From positions 1 to 32,000 of the forward strand of contig NZ_JHXR01000019.1 of assembly GCF_000621645.1 (NCBI RefSeq): a DNA stretch of 32,000 nt. The letters are read 5' to 3'. The translations under genes were made by a program, and so were the position numbers. This stretch comes from Vibrio cholerae ATCC 14035 (GTDB lineage Bacteria; Pseudomonadota; Gammaproteobacteria; Enterobacterales; Vibrionaceae). The stretch's first letter is position 1; each line of letters starts with the position of its first letter. Under the pieces are notes generated by a model, which was not told where the DNA came from, made no database searches, and was given only the letters and a program-made list of their open reading frames with translations. Shown here one piece after another: positions 18,204 to 27,304 of the stretch.

Positions 18204-19628
18204 ATGAGTCAGGATAAAATCGATGTTAAAGATGTGACTCCCAAAGTGTTCAATCCCAAGACCCATAAAGGGCAAGGCGGGGATCGCTTTAACCCAAGTA
18301 ATCGCATCTATGTTCGTGAAAGTAAAGGAACCTACCAGAAACTGCGCCGTTATGGTGGCTGGTTTCTGCTGCTGTTGTTTGGATTGGTTCCTTGGATCTC
18401 TTATGGCGATCGGCAAGCCATCTTGCTTGATATTGGCAACCAGCAATTTAACTTCTTCGGAACCACACTCTACCCGCAAGATCTGACCTTATTGGCGCTG
18501 CTGTTTATGATCGCCGCCTTCGGCCTGTTCTTTATCACTACCTTCTTAGGCCGTGTCTGGTGTGGTTATCTCTGCCCGCAAACCGTGTGGACATTTATGT
18601 ACATCTGGTTTGAAGAAAAACTCGAAGGCAATGCCAACAAAAGACGTAAGCAAGACAACAGTCCGATGACGGCAGAACTCGTGGCGCGTAAAACCTTAAA
18701 GCACATCGCTTGGTTGGCGATTGCCTTAGTCACTGGTTTCACTTTTGTCGGCTACTTTGTGCCCATCCGCGCACTGGTGATCGACTTCTTTACTTTAAGT
18801 GCCGCGTTCTGGCCAGTGTTTTGGGTACTGTTTTTTGCCCTTTGTACTTACGGCAACGCAGGCTGGATGCGCTCAATCATGTGTATCCACATGTGCCCAT
18901 ATGCGCGCTTCCAATCCGCCATGTTCGATAAAGATACCTTTATTGTCGGCTATGATGTCGCGCGCGGCGAACAACGTGGGCCACGCTCTCGCAAAGCGGA
19001 TCCCAAAGCGCTCGGTTTAGGCGACTGTATTGATTGCGATCTCTGCGTGCAAGTCTGCCCAACCGGTATCGATATTCGTGACGGCTTGCAGTATGAGTGC
19101 ATCAACTGCGGGGCGTGTATTGATGCTTGTGACAACACCATGGAACGTATGGGCTACGCGAAAGGGCTGATCAGCTACACCACAGAACATCGCCTATCTG
19201 GCAAACACACCAAAGTGATGCGACCCAAACTGCTCGGTTATGGAGCGGTGTTCTTGGTCATGATTGGCTTGTTCTTTGCTCAAGTGGCCGCCGTGGATCC
19301 CGCGGGGTTAACCGTTCTTCGCGATCGCACTCAACTGTTTAGAACCAACAGCTCGGGCGAAATTGAAAACACTTACAACCTCAAAGTGATCAACAAAACC
19401 CAGCAGCCACAGACCTATCAGCTGTCGGTTAAAGGATTGGATCCAGTCTCTTGGTACGGCAAACAAAGTGTGGTTGTGCAACCGGGTGAAGTACTCAATC
19501 TCCCGATGACGCTCGGAGCCAAACCAGAAAATCTCAGCTCTGCGGTCACGACAATTCAGTTTATACTGCACGACGAAAGCCACCAATTTACCCTTGAAGT
19601 CGAGAGCCGATTTATTCAAAAGCTCTGA
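18204..19628 (+). CDS. CcoG/FixG/RdxA-family membrane 4Fe-4S ferredoxin (cytochrome oxidase accessory-type protein)
   Basis: The ORF track starts at 18141. The family N-terminus MSQ..DV.DVTP begins at 18204 (474 aa). It has TM segments with CGYLCPQTVW, two ferredoxin motifs (CIDCDLCVQVCP, CINCGACIDACD) and a C-terminal Ig-like FixG domain. No ccoNOQP genes are nearby. Confidence 0.88.
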   Translation: MSQDKIDVKDVTPKVFNPKTHKGQGGDRFNPSNRIYVRESKGTYQKLRRYGGWFLLLLFGLVPWISYGDRQAILLDIGNQQFNFFGTTLYPQDLTLLALLFMIAAFGLFFITTFLGRVWCGYLCPQTVWTFMYIWFEEKLEGNANKRRKQDNSPMTAELVARKTLKHIAWLAIALVTGFTFVGYFVPIRALVIDFFTLSAAFWPVFWVLFFALCTYGNAGWMRSIMCIHMCPYARFQSAMFDKDTFIVGYDVARGEQRGPRSRKADPKALGLGDCIDCDLCVQVCPTGIDIRDGLQYECINCGACIDACDNTMERMGYAKGLISYTTEHRLSGKHTKVMRPKLLGYGAVFLVMIGLFFAQVAAVDPAGLTVLRDRTQLFRTNSSGEIENTYNLKVINKTQQPQTYQLSVKGLDPVSWYGKQSVVVQPGEVLNLPMTLGAKPENLSSAVTTIQFILHDESHQFTLEVESRFIQKL

Positions 19629-19644
19629 CACTCACCAGTATGGT

Positions 19645-19670
19645 AAAGGGCTCAGTAATGAGCCCTTTTT
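19645..19670 (+). terminator. intrinsic terminator after the ccoG-like gene
   Basis: 10-bp stem AAAGGGCTCA / TGAGCCCTTT with loop GTAA, and a run of T (CCCTTTTTA). It lies inside the 5' extension offered by the ORF track for srkA, which argues for the later start. Confidence 0.75.
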
Positions 19671-19675
19671 ATTCA

Positions 19676-20662
19676 ATGACCCAAGCCACGTTTCATTTTG
19701 ATGCTTTAACTCCCGATCTGATTTGGTACGCGCTGGAAAGTATCGGCATTCGTGCTGAGTCAGGCTTTTTGCCACTCAACAGCTATGAAAACCGCGTCTA
19801 CCAGTTTACCGATGAAAAGCGTCGCCGCTTTGTGGTGAAATTTTATCGCCCACAACGTTGGACCGATGAGCAGATCCAAGAAGAGCATGATTTCGCGCTC
19901 GAACTGGAACAAGAAGAGATCCCTATAGTCCCGCCGCTGAGACTCAATGGCGCGACCCTACACCACTACCAAGGCTACCGTTTTGCCCTGTTTACCAGCA
20001 TGGGCGGTCGCCAATACGAAGTGGATAATGAGGAACACTTAGAGTGGGTTGGCCGCTTTCTGGGGCGCATTCACAAAGTCGGAGCAAGTAAACCCTTTCT
20101 CCACCGCCCAACTCTGTCGCTGGATGAATACTTACATCAACCCAGACATACCTTGGAGTACAGTCACTGCATTCCTGCCCATTTGCAGCGGGTGTTTTTT
20201 CACGATCTCGATATTTTGATTGCTGAAATCAAGCAGCATTGGGTACCCACCCAGCCTCAGATCCGTCTGCACGGAGACTGCCACCCCGGCAATATTTTAT
20301 GGCGCGATGGCCCGATGTTTGTCGATCTGGATGACGCACGCAACGGCCCTGCCATTCAAGATCTCTGGATGCTGTTGCATGGTGATCGCCAAGACAAACT
20401 GATCCAATTAGATATCGTTTTGGAAGGCTACCAAGAGTTTTGCGATTTTAATCCTCAACAATTGAAACTAATCGAGCCTTTACGTGGTCTACGCATGGTG
20501 CACTACATGGCATGGCTCGCCAAACGCTGGCAAGATCCGGCTTTTCCAATCGCATTTCCGTGGTTTAATGACGCGAAATACTGGGAGAATCAGATCCTCG
20601 CTTTTAAAGAGCAGATTGCCACTTTACAAGAACCCCCGTTATCATTGCAGCCGCAGTGGTAA
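19676..20662 (+). CDS. srkA: stress response serine/threonine kinase SrkA (YihE/RdoA)
   Basis: Start chosen at MTQATFHFDALTPD (19676). This gives 328 aa, the same as E. coli SrkA, and lies downstream of the terminator hairpin. Motifs: LNSYENRVYQF, FVVKFYRP, HGDCHPGNILW, DLDD. No obvious SD, so the start is uncertain (alternatives at 19640 and 19658). Confidence 0.9.
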   Translation: MTQATFHFDALTPDLIWYALESIGIRAESGFLPLNSYENRVYQFTDEKRRRFVVKFYRPQRWTDEQIQEEHDFALELEQEEIPIVPPLRLNGATLHHYQGYRFALFTSMGGRQYEVDNEEHLEWVGRFLGRIHKVGASKPFLHRPTLSLDEYLHQPRHTLEYSHCIPAHLQRVFFHDLDILIAEIKQHWVPTQPQIRLHGDCHPGNILWRDGPMFVDLDDARNGPAIQDLWMLLHGDRQDKLIQLDIVLEGYQEFCDFNPQQLKLIEPLRGLRMVHYMAWLAKRWQDPAFPIAFPWFNDAKYWENQILAFKEQIATLQEPPLSLQPQW

Positions 20663-20692
20663 GCCAACACAATAAATCCAATGGAGAAAGTC

Positions 20693-21295
20693 ATGAAAAA
20701 GCTGTTTGCACTGGTTGCAACTCTGATGTTAAGCGTGTCAGCCTATGCGGCTCAATTTAAAGAAGGTGAACACTACCAAGTGTTAAAAACACCCGCCTCT
20801 TCTTCACCAGTCGTCAGTGAGTTTTTCTCATTCTACTGCCCGCACTGTAACACTTTCGAACCCATTATTGCTCAGTTGAAGCAGCAGTTGCCTGAAGGCG
20901 CGAAATTCCAGAAAAACCACGTCTCTTTCATGGGTGGTAACATGGGTCAAGCGATGAGCAAAGCGTACGCAACCATGATTGCTCTGGAAGTGGAAGATAA
21001 AATGGTACCTGTGATGTTTAACCGCATCCACACTCTGCGTAAACCACCGAAAGATGAACAAGAGCTGCGCCAAATCTTCCTAGATGAAGGAATTGATGCG
21101 GCGAAATTTGATGCGGCTTACAACGGCTTTGCCGTGGATTCTATGGTGCGCCGTTTCGATAAACAGTTCCAAGATAGCGGCCTAACCGGTGTACCTGCCG
21201 TTGTTGTTAACAACCGTTATTTGGTACAAGGTCAGTCCGTCAAATCCCTCGACGAATATTTTGACCTAGTGAACTACCTGCTGACGCTGAAGTAA
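20693..21295 (+). CDS. dsbA: periplasmic thiol:disulfide oxidoreductase DsbA (TcpG)
   Basis: Start trimmed to [19 protein letters not shown]|AQ (200 aa). Active site [14 protein letters not shown]. The sequence matches my recollection of V. cholerae TcpG. Confidence 0.96.
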   Translation: MKKLFALVATLMLSVSAYAAQFKEGEHYQVLKTPASSSPVVSEFFSFYCPHCNTFEPIIAQLKQQLPEGAKFQKNHVSFMGGNMGQAMSKAYATMIALEVEDKMVPVMFNRIHTLRKPPKDEQELRQIFLDEGIDAAKFDAAYNGFAVDSMVRRFDKQFQDSGLTGVPAVVVNNRYLVQGQSVKSLDEYFDLVNYLLTLK

Positions 21296-21330
21296 TCTCA
21301 ACCCATGATTCGGTATTGAGAAAAAGACAA

Positions 21331-21349
21331 AGGGAGCCCATGGCTCCCT
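21331..21349. terminator. bidirectional terminator between convergent dsbA and the acyltransferase gene
   Basis: GC-rich stem GGGAGCC / GGCTCCC with loop CAT. Flanked by AAAAAGACAAA upstream and TTCGCTTT downstream. Confidence 0.65.
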
Positions 21350-21371
21350 TCGCTTTATCACCCTCTCAGTG

Positions 21372-22256
21372 CTAATCGGCTTTGTAAATCTGCTCTAATC
21401 GCTGATCTTTACGCTGCCACACCTCGCTCAGCCAGAGCTGAAACTGACGCTTAAACTGCTTATCGTTGAAGTAATCACCTTGCACCTGTTCATCCACCGG
21501 TAGCAAATCAATGTGCACCACAATTCGCTGCATACGACCCATCAATAAATCACGAAACGGTTGTTGACGGTTATCCGGATAGGCCAAAGTCACATCAATA
21601 ATATGCTCGAACTGCTCACCCATGGCGGCTAACGTGTAGGCAATACCACCGGTTTTCGGCTGCAATACATGCTGATATCCCACGCCGCTACGTTGCTGCT
21701 TCTGTGAATTAAAACGTGTCCCTTCCACATAATTCACGACAGTGGTAGGCACGGCGCGGAATTTTTCGCACGAACGGCGCGTCGTCGCTAAATCTTGGCC
21801 ACGTTTGTGCGGATGGCGCAGCAGATACTCACGCGAATAGCGGCGCATAAACGGCATATCCAGCGCCCAACACGCCATACCAATGAAAGGCACATACAAC
21901 AGTTGCTGCTTGAGGAAAAATTTCGGCATTGGAATGCGGTCTTTAAACACGCAGCACAGCACCACAATATCCGTCCAACTCAAGTGATTGGAAATCAGCA
22001 GATACCATCCCTGCTTAGTCAGGGTTTCACCGCCTTGAATATCCCATTCCACGCGGTTGGAAAGCTGCAAAACCCAAGCGTTCACACTCGCCCATGACCA
22101 CATCACCCAATTCGCCGCTTGCGTGGCCTGCGCTTTCCATGCGGCTGACGGCAGCAAAAGTTTAATCAACGCAATCAAGCAGATCAGCAGCGAATGAAAG
22201 GCCGAATTTAACACCACCACGGTCACATTCAGCGTAAGGAGCAAGTAAGCCAACAT
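21372..22256 (-). CDS. yihG: PlsC-family acyltransferase (YihG-like lysophospholipid acyltransferase)
   Basis: 294-aa ORF collinear with E. coli YihG (WYLLISNHLSWTDIVVL containing the NHxxxxD motif, FLKQQLLYVPFIG, CWALDMPFMRRYS, VNYVEGTRF). Confidence 0.88.
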   Translation of the reverse strand: MLAYLLLTLNVTVVVLNSAFHSLLICLIALIKLLLPSAAWKAQATQAANWVMWSWASVNAWVLQLSNRVEWDIQGGETLTKQGWYLLISNHLSWTDIVVLCCVFKDRIPMPKFFLKQQLLYVPFIGMACWALDMPFMRRYSREYLLRHPHKRGQDLATTRRSCEKFRAVPTTVVNYVEGTRFNSQKQQRSGVGYQHVLQPKTGGIAYTLAAMGEQFEHIIDVTLAYPDNRQQPFRDLLMGRMQRIVVHIDLLPVDEQVQGDYFNDKQFKRQFQLWLSEVWQRKDQRLEQIYKAD

Positions 22257-22345
22257 AGTTCTCAGTTCAAAGATGAGTAAAAAAACAGCGTGTGATTATA
22301 CAAACTTGTCATCGTAATGAAACATGAACTCTGCAGGTCAGAGTA

Positions 22346-23869
22346 CTAGACGTTTTGCGCACTGAGCTGTTTGAGTAAGCGATCCATGGCTCGATAGCCC
22401 AACGCCTCGGCCAAATGTGGACGAGCGATCTGCGCTTCACCTTGCAAATCCGCTATGGTTCGCGCCACTTTAATGATGCGATGGTAAGCCCGAATTGATA
22501 AACCCAAGCGATGCAGCGCGCTTTCTAGAAATTCCGCATCCGCTTTAAGCAAAGGGCAATACTGTTCAATTTCTCGACTTTGCAGCAAAGCATTCACTTT
22601 GCCCGATCGCGCCAACATACGCTCACGCGCTACCCACACTCGCTGGCGCACAGCCGCCGTCGATTCACCACGATCGCCCCCATTGGCGAGCGTACCTTTG
22701 GGTAACGCTGGGATCTCAATCGACATATCAAAGCGATCCAACAAAGGGCCCGAAAGCCGACTCAAATAGCGCAAAATACTCTGCGGATTGGCACGCGCCT
22801 GACTGCCTTCGTAGTAGCCCGTGGGGCTTGGATTTAACGCGCCGACCAATTGAAAGCGTGCTGGAAAACGGGTTTTCCCCTGCGCGCGCGAAATCACGAT
22901 CTCACCCGATTCCAGCGGTTCACGCAGTGAATCAAGCACTTTACGCTCAAACTCCGGCATTTCGTCCAAAAACAGTAGTCCATTATGGGCGAGAGAAATT
23001 TCACCGGGGCGCGGAATGGTGCCGCCCCCGACCAAAGCCGCCATTGAGCTTGAATGGTGCGGTGCACGAAAAGGGCGTAACTTCCAGTTATGTTGGTTAA
23101 TCTCTTGCTGCGTAAGAGAGGCAATCGAAGCTGTTTCCATTGCCTCTTCATCACTCATTTCTGGCAGTAAATCGCACAGCCGTGAAGCGAGCATGGTTTT
23201 ACCCGTCCCCGGAGGGCCGAGAAACAATAGGTTGTGATTGCCAGCCGCAGCGATTTCCAAAGCTCGTTTTCCCTGCTGCTGACCTATGATGTCTTGCAGA
23301 TCGCGGGTCTGACTTACTTGTTGCACACTGGGCGAACTTTGAAACAAAGATAGAGTTTGCTGACCACACAAGTCTGCGCACACTTCGAGTAAGCTTTGCG
23401 CCGACTTATGCCGCTCAACCCCGACCAAAGCCGCCTGATCACCATTACTGTGCGGCACCACCAAACAGCGCTCCACTTGGTTAGCCGCGAGCGCGGCAGG
23501 CAAAACCCCTTTCACGCCACGAATTTCGCCCGATAGCGCCAATTCGCCGATAAATTCGTAACTTTCGAGCTTATTTCGCGCAATTTGATCCGAGGCCGCC
23601 AAAATGCCAAGTGCAATCGGCAAATCAAAACGTCCCCCCTCTTTGGGTAAATCGGCTGGCGCTAAATTGACCGTAATGCGCTTCGCTGGAAACTCAAAGC
23701 GAGAATTGATGATCGCGCTGCGCACCCGATCGCGCGACTCTTTTACTGTGGTTTCTGGCAATCCTACCAAGGTAAACCCCGGCATCCCGTTACTGATGTG
23801 AACCTCAACCGTGACCGGAGGTGCCTGCACGCCAATACTGGCGCGGCTATGAATGATCGCAAGTCCCAT
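22346..23869 (-). CDS. comM: Mg-chelatase-like AAA+ ATPase ComM (YifB), competence-associated helicase
   Basis: 507-aa intact ORF. It has an N-terminal Lon-protease-like domain, Walker A GPPGTGKT and Walker B LFLDE, and ends in a C-terminal ChlI-like region. It is divergent from the ilv leader, as in E. coli. Confidence 0.93.
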   Translation of the reverse strand: MGLAIIHSRASIGVQAPPVTVEVHISNGMPGFTLVGLPETTVKESRDRVRSAIINSRFEFPAKRITVNLAPADLPKEGGRFDLPIALGILAASDQIARNKLESYEFIGELALSGEIRGVKGVLPAALAANQVERCLVVPHSNGDQAALVGVERHKSAQSLLEVCADLCGQQTLSLFQSSPSVQQVSQTRDLQDIIGQQQGKRALEIAAAGNHNLLFLGPPGTGKTMLASRLCDLLPEMSDEEAMETASIASLTQQEINQHNWKLRPFRAPHHSSSMAALVGGGTIPRPGEISLAHNGLLFLDEMPEFERKVLDSLREPLESGEIVISRAQGKTRFPARFQLVGALNPSPTGYYEGSQARANPQSILRYLSRLSGPLLDRFDMSIEIPALPKGTLANGGDRGESTAAVRQRVWVARERMLARSGKVNALLQSREIEQYCPLLKADAEFLESALHRLGLSIRAYHRIIKVARTIADLQGEAQIARPHLAEALGYRAMDRLLKQLSAQNV

Positions 23870-24078
23870 TGCTTCCCTTAGTATTTGATCAAAAAGCCTT
23901 CAGCGCCTGAATAAGTGGCGATAAAAAGCACAGAATGGGTTATATAGCGTGGTGAGATAAAACGGGAATGTGAAAAAAGAATGAGTTTTTGCTTGTCATG
24001 TAACGAAGATGTGTGTTAACACTAGAAGCGCAAACACATTGGTAAGATATTAGTTCAACCCTAAAAAACGACTTTACT

Positions 24079-24168
24079 ATGAACTTGAACGCTCGCATCA
24101 ACGCTCTAATTAACCTAATTATCGTGGTCATTCTAGTGACGACGCGGGGGCGAGTGGGCGAAAAATAA
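24079..24168 (+). CDS. ilvL: ilvGMEDA operon leader peptide
   Basis: 29-codon ORF MNLNARINALINLIIVVILVTTRGRVGEK, below the ORF-track cutoff. 12 of 29 codons are Ile/Leu/Val, and 10 of 11 in the run LINLIIVVILV. It is followed directly by alternative hairpins and a terminator. Confidence 0.85.
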   Translation: MNLNARINALINLIIVVILVTTRGRVGEK

Positions 24169-24180
24169 GTAACCAAATCC

Positions 24181-24219
24181 AAAAAAACCCCCGCACTGAA
24201 AAGTCCGGGGGTTTTTTTA
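24181..24219 (+). terminator. ilv attenuator (leader terminator)
   Basis: Stem AAAAAAACCCCCG / CGGGGGTTTTTTT with a 12-nt loop. The upstream GCGGGGG (24144-24150) can instead pair with CCCCCGC (24188-24194) as an antiterminator. Confidence 0.85.
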
Positions 24220-24402
24220 CAACTCAGACAGACTAAAAAAAGCACATTCTGAACAGGTTATACCCAAGCTCGGATAGATACAGGTCAGTACTTATCCGTT
24301 GGAATACCCCCAGAATACGCAGGAAGAATGGGAGCGGCACATGAAGTGCAAACACAACACACAGGAAGGCAGCGACACGTATTGTTGCCATAAGGAGGCA
24401 CG

Positions 24403-26049
24403 ATGACCGGAGCACAGTTAGTCGTTGCCGCATTGAAACAACAGGGCATCAAAACCGTTTTTGGTTACCCTGGCGGCGCTATCATGCCGATTTATGATGC
24501 GCTGTATGACGGAGGTGTTGAGCACATCCTCTGCCGCCATGAACAAGGTGCGGCGATGGCCGCGATTGGTATGGCGCGCTCAACGCAGAAAGTGGCGGTG
24601 TGCATGGCCACATCTGGCCCCGGCGCCACCAACTTGGTGACAGGTTTGGCGGATGCCTTTCTTGATTCGGTTCCGCTGGTCGCCATCACCGGCCAAGTGG
24701 CCAGCTCACACATCGGCACCGATGCGTTTCAAGAGATGGATGTGATCGGCATGTCGCTCTCTTGTACCAAGCACAGCTACTTAGTCACCGACATCAACGA
24801 GCTAGCACCCACGTTAGCCGAAGCGTTTGAGGTCGCGCAGACCGGTCGTCCCGGCCCCGTGCTGGTGGACATAGCCAAAGACGTACAGCTCGGCAAAGCG
24901 CCGATCTCCGCTTTGCCAAGCTTTACTCCACCCGCCATGCCACACGTGGATGCAACACATCTGGCGAATGCGCAAGCCTTACTTGCACAAAGCAAACGCC
25001 CTGTATTGTATGTGGGTGGAGGTGTACAACTGGCGAATGCCACAGACACAGTGCGTGAGTTTTTACGCCTCAATCCTATGCCTTCAGTGAGCACACTCAA
25101 AGGCTTGGGCACCATCGAGCGTCACGACCCACACTATCTTGGCATGCTCGGCATGCACGGCACCAAAGCGGCAAACTTAATCGTACAAGAGTGTGATTTG
25201 CTGATCGCGGTTGGTGCGCGTTTTGATGACCGCGTGACAGGCAAGCTCGATACCTTTGCGCCTCATGCCAAAGTGATTCATGTCGATATTGATGCCGCCG
25301 AGTTCAACAAACTGCGTCATGCCCATGCTGCACTGCGCGGTGATATCAACCTCATCCTGCCGCAGTTGGAACTGAGCCACGACATCTCCCCTTGGGTGCA
25401 TCATAGTGAGAGCCTGCGTAGCGGGTTCAAATGGCGCTACGATCATCCGGGCGACAACATCTTCGCACCACTGCTGCTCAAGCAACTGTCGGACATGATG
25501 CCGGACTCTTCGATTGTCTCGACCGATGTCGGCCAACACCAAATGTGGGCCGCGCAGCACATTCAACCGCGCGCACCACAAAACTTCATCTCGTCCGCAG
25601 GCCTTGGCACCATGGGCTTTGGTTTACCGGCGGCAATGGGTGCTGCGGTTGCGCGTCCTGACGATCAATCGATCCTGATCAGTGGTGATGGTTCTTTCAT
25701 GATGAACGTGCAAGAACTTGGCACACTCAAGCGTCGCCAGATCCCCGTCAAAATGGTGCTACTGGATAACCAACGTTTGGGCATGGTACGCCAATGGCAA
25801 TCACTGTTCTTTGATGGTCGCCACAGCGAAACCATTTTGGATGACAACCCAGATTTCGTGATGCTGGCCAAAGCCTTCAACATCCCCGGCAAAACCATCA
25901 GCCGCAAAGAAGAAGTCGAACCTGCGCTGCGTGAAATGCTGGCCAGCAAAACCGCTTATCTGCTGCACGTGCTGATTGATGAAGAAGAGAACGTGTGGCC
26001 ACTGGTGCCACCGGGCGCATCCAACACTGACATGCTTGAGAACACCTAA
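24403..26049 (+). CDS. ilvG: acetolactate synthase II, large subunit (intact)
   Basis: 548-aa ThDP-enzyme ORF ([44 protein letters not shown]). SD TAAGGAGG upstream. Confidence 0.96.
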   Translation: MTGAQLVVAALKQQGIKTVFGYPGGAIMPIYDALYDGGVEHILCRHEQGAAMAAIGMARSTQKVAVCMATSGPGATNLVTGLADAFLDSVPLVAITGQVASSHIGTDAFQEMDVIGMSLSCTKHSYLVTDINELAPTLAEAFEVAQTGRPGPVLVDIAKDVQLGKAPISALPSFTPPAMPHVDATHLANAQALLAQSKRPVLYVGGGVQLANATDTVREFLRLNPMPSVSTLKGLGTIERHDPHYLGMLGMHGTKAANLIVQECDLLIAVGARFDDRVTGKLDTFAPHAKVIHVDIDAAEFNKLRHAHAALRGDINLILPQLELSHDISPWVHHSESLRSGFKWRYDHPGDNIFAPLLLKQLSDMMPDSSIVSTDVGQHQMWAAQHIQPRAPQNFISSAGLGTMGFGLPAAMGAAVARPDDQSILISGDGSFMMNVQELGTLKRRQIPVKMVLLDNQRLGMVRQWQSLFFDGRHSETILDDNPDFVMLAKAFNIPGKTISRKEEVEPALREMLASKTAYLLHVLIDEEENVWPLVPPGASNTDMLENT

Positions 26050-26060
26050 GGAGAGGCCAC

Positions 26061-26345
26061 ATGCAACGTTATCTACTCGATATTAAAGCGGACGATAAAC
26101 CGGTGTTATTAGAGCGCGTATTGCGCGTAACGCGTCATCGTGGATTTGTCATCAAGCAAGTCGCGGCAACCCAAAATCATGCTAGCAAAATCGCCAGCGT
26201 TGAGATCATTGTCGACAGTGACAGACCGATCACGACCCTGACCAATCAAATTGAAAAACTGTGGGATGTGCGTACTGTGGAAGTCACAGCGATCAGAAAT
26301 GACGAGCTGCCCAATAACAACTTACAACAAAAGATTTGCGCATAA
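26061..26345 (+). CDS. ilvM: acetolactate synthase II, small subunit
   Basis: 94-aa ORF lying directly between ilvG and ilvE, in the position and size class of IlvM (ACT-like small subunit). Confidence 0.88.
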   Translation: MQRYLLDIKADDKPVLLERVLRVTRHRGFVIKQVAATQNHASKIASVEIIVDSDRPITTLTNQIEKLWDVRTVEVTAIRNDELPNNNLQQKICA

Positions 26346-26356
26346 GGAAGGCAATC

Positions 26357-27295
26357 ATGGCAACAAAAACTGCTGATTATATTTGGTTCAATGGCGAGAT
26401 GATCCCATGGGCGAATGCGACCGTTCACGTACTCACCCATGCAATGCACTACGGCACTTCGGTGTTTGAAGGTGTTCGCTGCTACAACACCCCAAAAGGC
26501 CCTATCATCTTCCGCCATCGCGAACACGCGCAGCGCCTGCTTGATTCAGCCAAAATCTACCGCTTTCCAATCCCTTATTCGATCGAGACCATCATGGAAG
26601 CGACGCGCGAAACCTTACGCGTCAACAAACTCGATAACGCTTACATTCGCCCATTGGCGTATGTGGGTAACGTGGGTCTTGGCGTGTGCCCGCCAGTCGG
26701 CACTGAAATGGATCTGATGATTGCCGCTTTCCCTTGGGGGGCTTACCTCGGTGAAGAAGCGCTAGAAAATGGCGTGGATGCCATGGTTTCAAGCTGGCAT
26801 CGTGCGGCACCGAACACCATTCCAACCGCGGCAAAAGCTGGCGGTAATTACCTATCTTCTCTACTGGTTGGTGGCGAAGCACGTCGCCACGGTTACGCGG
26901 AAGGCATTGCGCTGAGTGTGGATGGTTATCTCTCTGAAGGCGCAGGCGAAAACATTTTCGTGGTGAAAAACGGCGTGATCCTGACCCCACCGACCACCAG
27001 CTCTATCCTGCCGGGTATCACCCGTGATTCGATCATGACGCTGGCACGCGACATGGGTTATGAAGTGCGCGAAGCCAACATCTCCCGTGAAGCGCTCTAT
27101 CTGGCCGATGAAATTTTCATGACAGGTACCGCCGCCGAAGTGGTTCCCGTGCGTAGCGTGGATAAGATTACCGTAGGCGCAGGCAAGCGCGGCCCCATCA
27201 CCAAGGTAGTACAAGATGCTTACTTTGGTCTGTTCAAAGGCACCACAGAAGATAAGTGGGGCTGGTTGGATTACGTTTACCCAGCAGCGAAGTAA
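26357..27295 (+). CDS. ilvE: branched-chain amino acid aminotransferase
   Basis: Start trimmed to MATKTADYIWFNGEM at 26357 (312 aa), preceded by AAGGAAGG. Class IV aminotransferase motifs are present (YGTSVFEGVRCY, AAKAGGNYLSS, TGTAAEV). Confidence 0.95.
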   Translation: MATKTADYIWFNGEMIPWANATVHVLTHAMHYGTSVFEGVRCYNTPKGPIIFRHREHAQRLLDSAKIYRFPIPYSIETIMEATRETLRVNKLDNAYIRPLAYVGNVGLGVCPPVGTEMDLMIAAFPWGAYLGEEALENGVDAMVSSWHRAAPNTIPTAAKAGGNYLSSLLVGGEARRHGYAEGIALSVDGYLSEGAGENIFVVKNGVILTPPTTSSILPGITRDSIMTLARDMGYEVREANISREALYLADEIFMTGTAAEVVPVRSVDKITVGAGKRGPITKVVQDAYFGLFKGTTEDKWGWLDYVYPAAK

Positions 27296-27304
27296 GGAGT
27301 TTCC

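Noticed and set aside
22346-23869. comM as a possible genomic-island integration hotspot
   Set aside because: comM is interrupted by resistance islands in some bacteria. Here it is a single uninterrupted 507-aa frame with both AAA+ motifs, and there are no flanking repeats or mobility genes.
23884-23893. Perfect 10-bp palindrome TTTGATCAAA (contains GATC) in the comM 5' UTR
   Set aside because: About 30 perfect 10-bp palindromes are expected by chance in 32 kb, and I know of no consensus that it matches.
23940-24433. Minus-strand ORFs of 101 and 66 aa upstream of ilvG
   Set aside because: They overlap the ilvL leader peptide, the attenuator hairpins and the ilvG start on the opposite strand. 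That region is fully explained by attenuation control.
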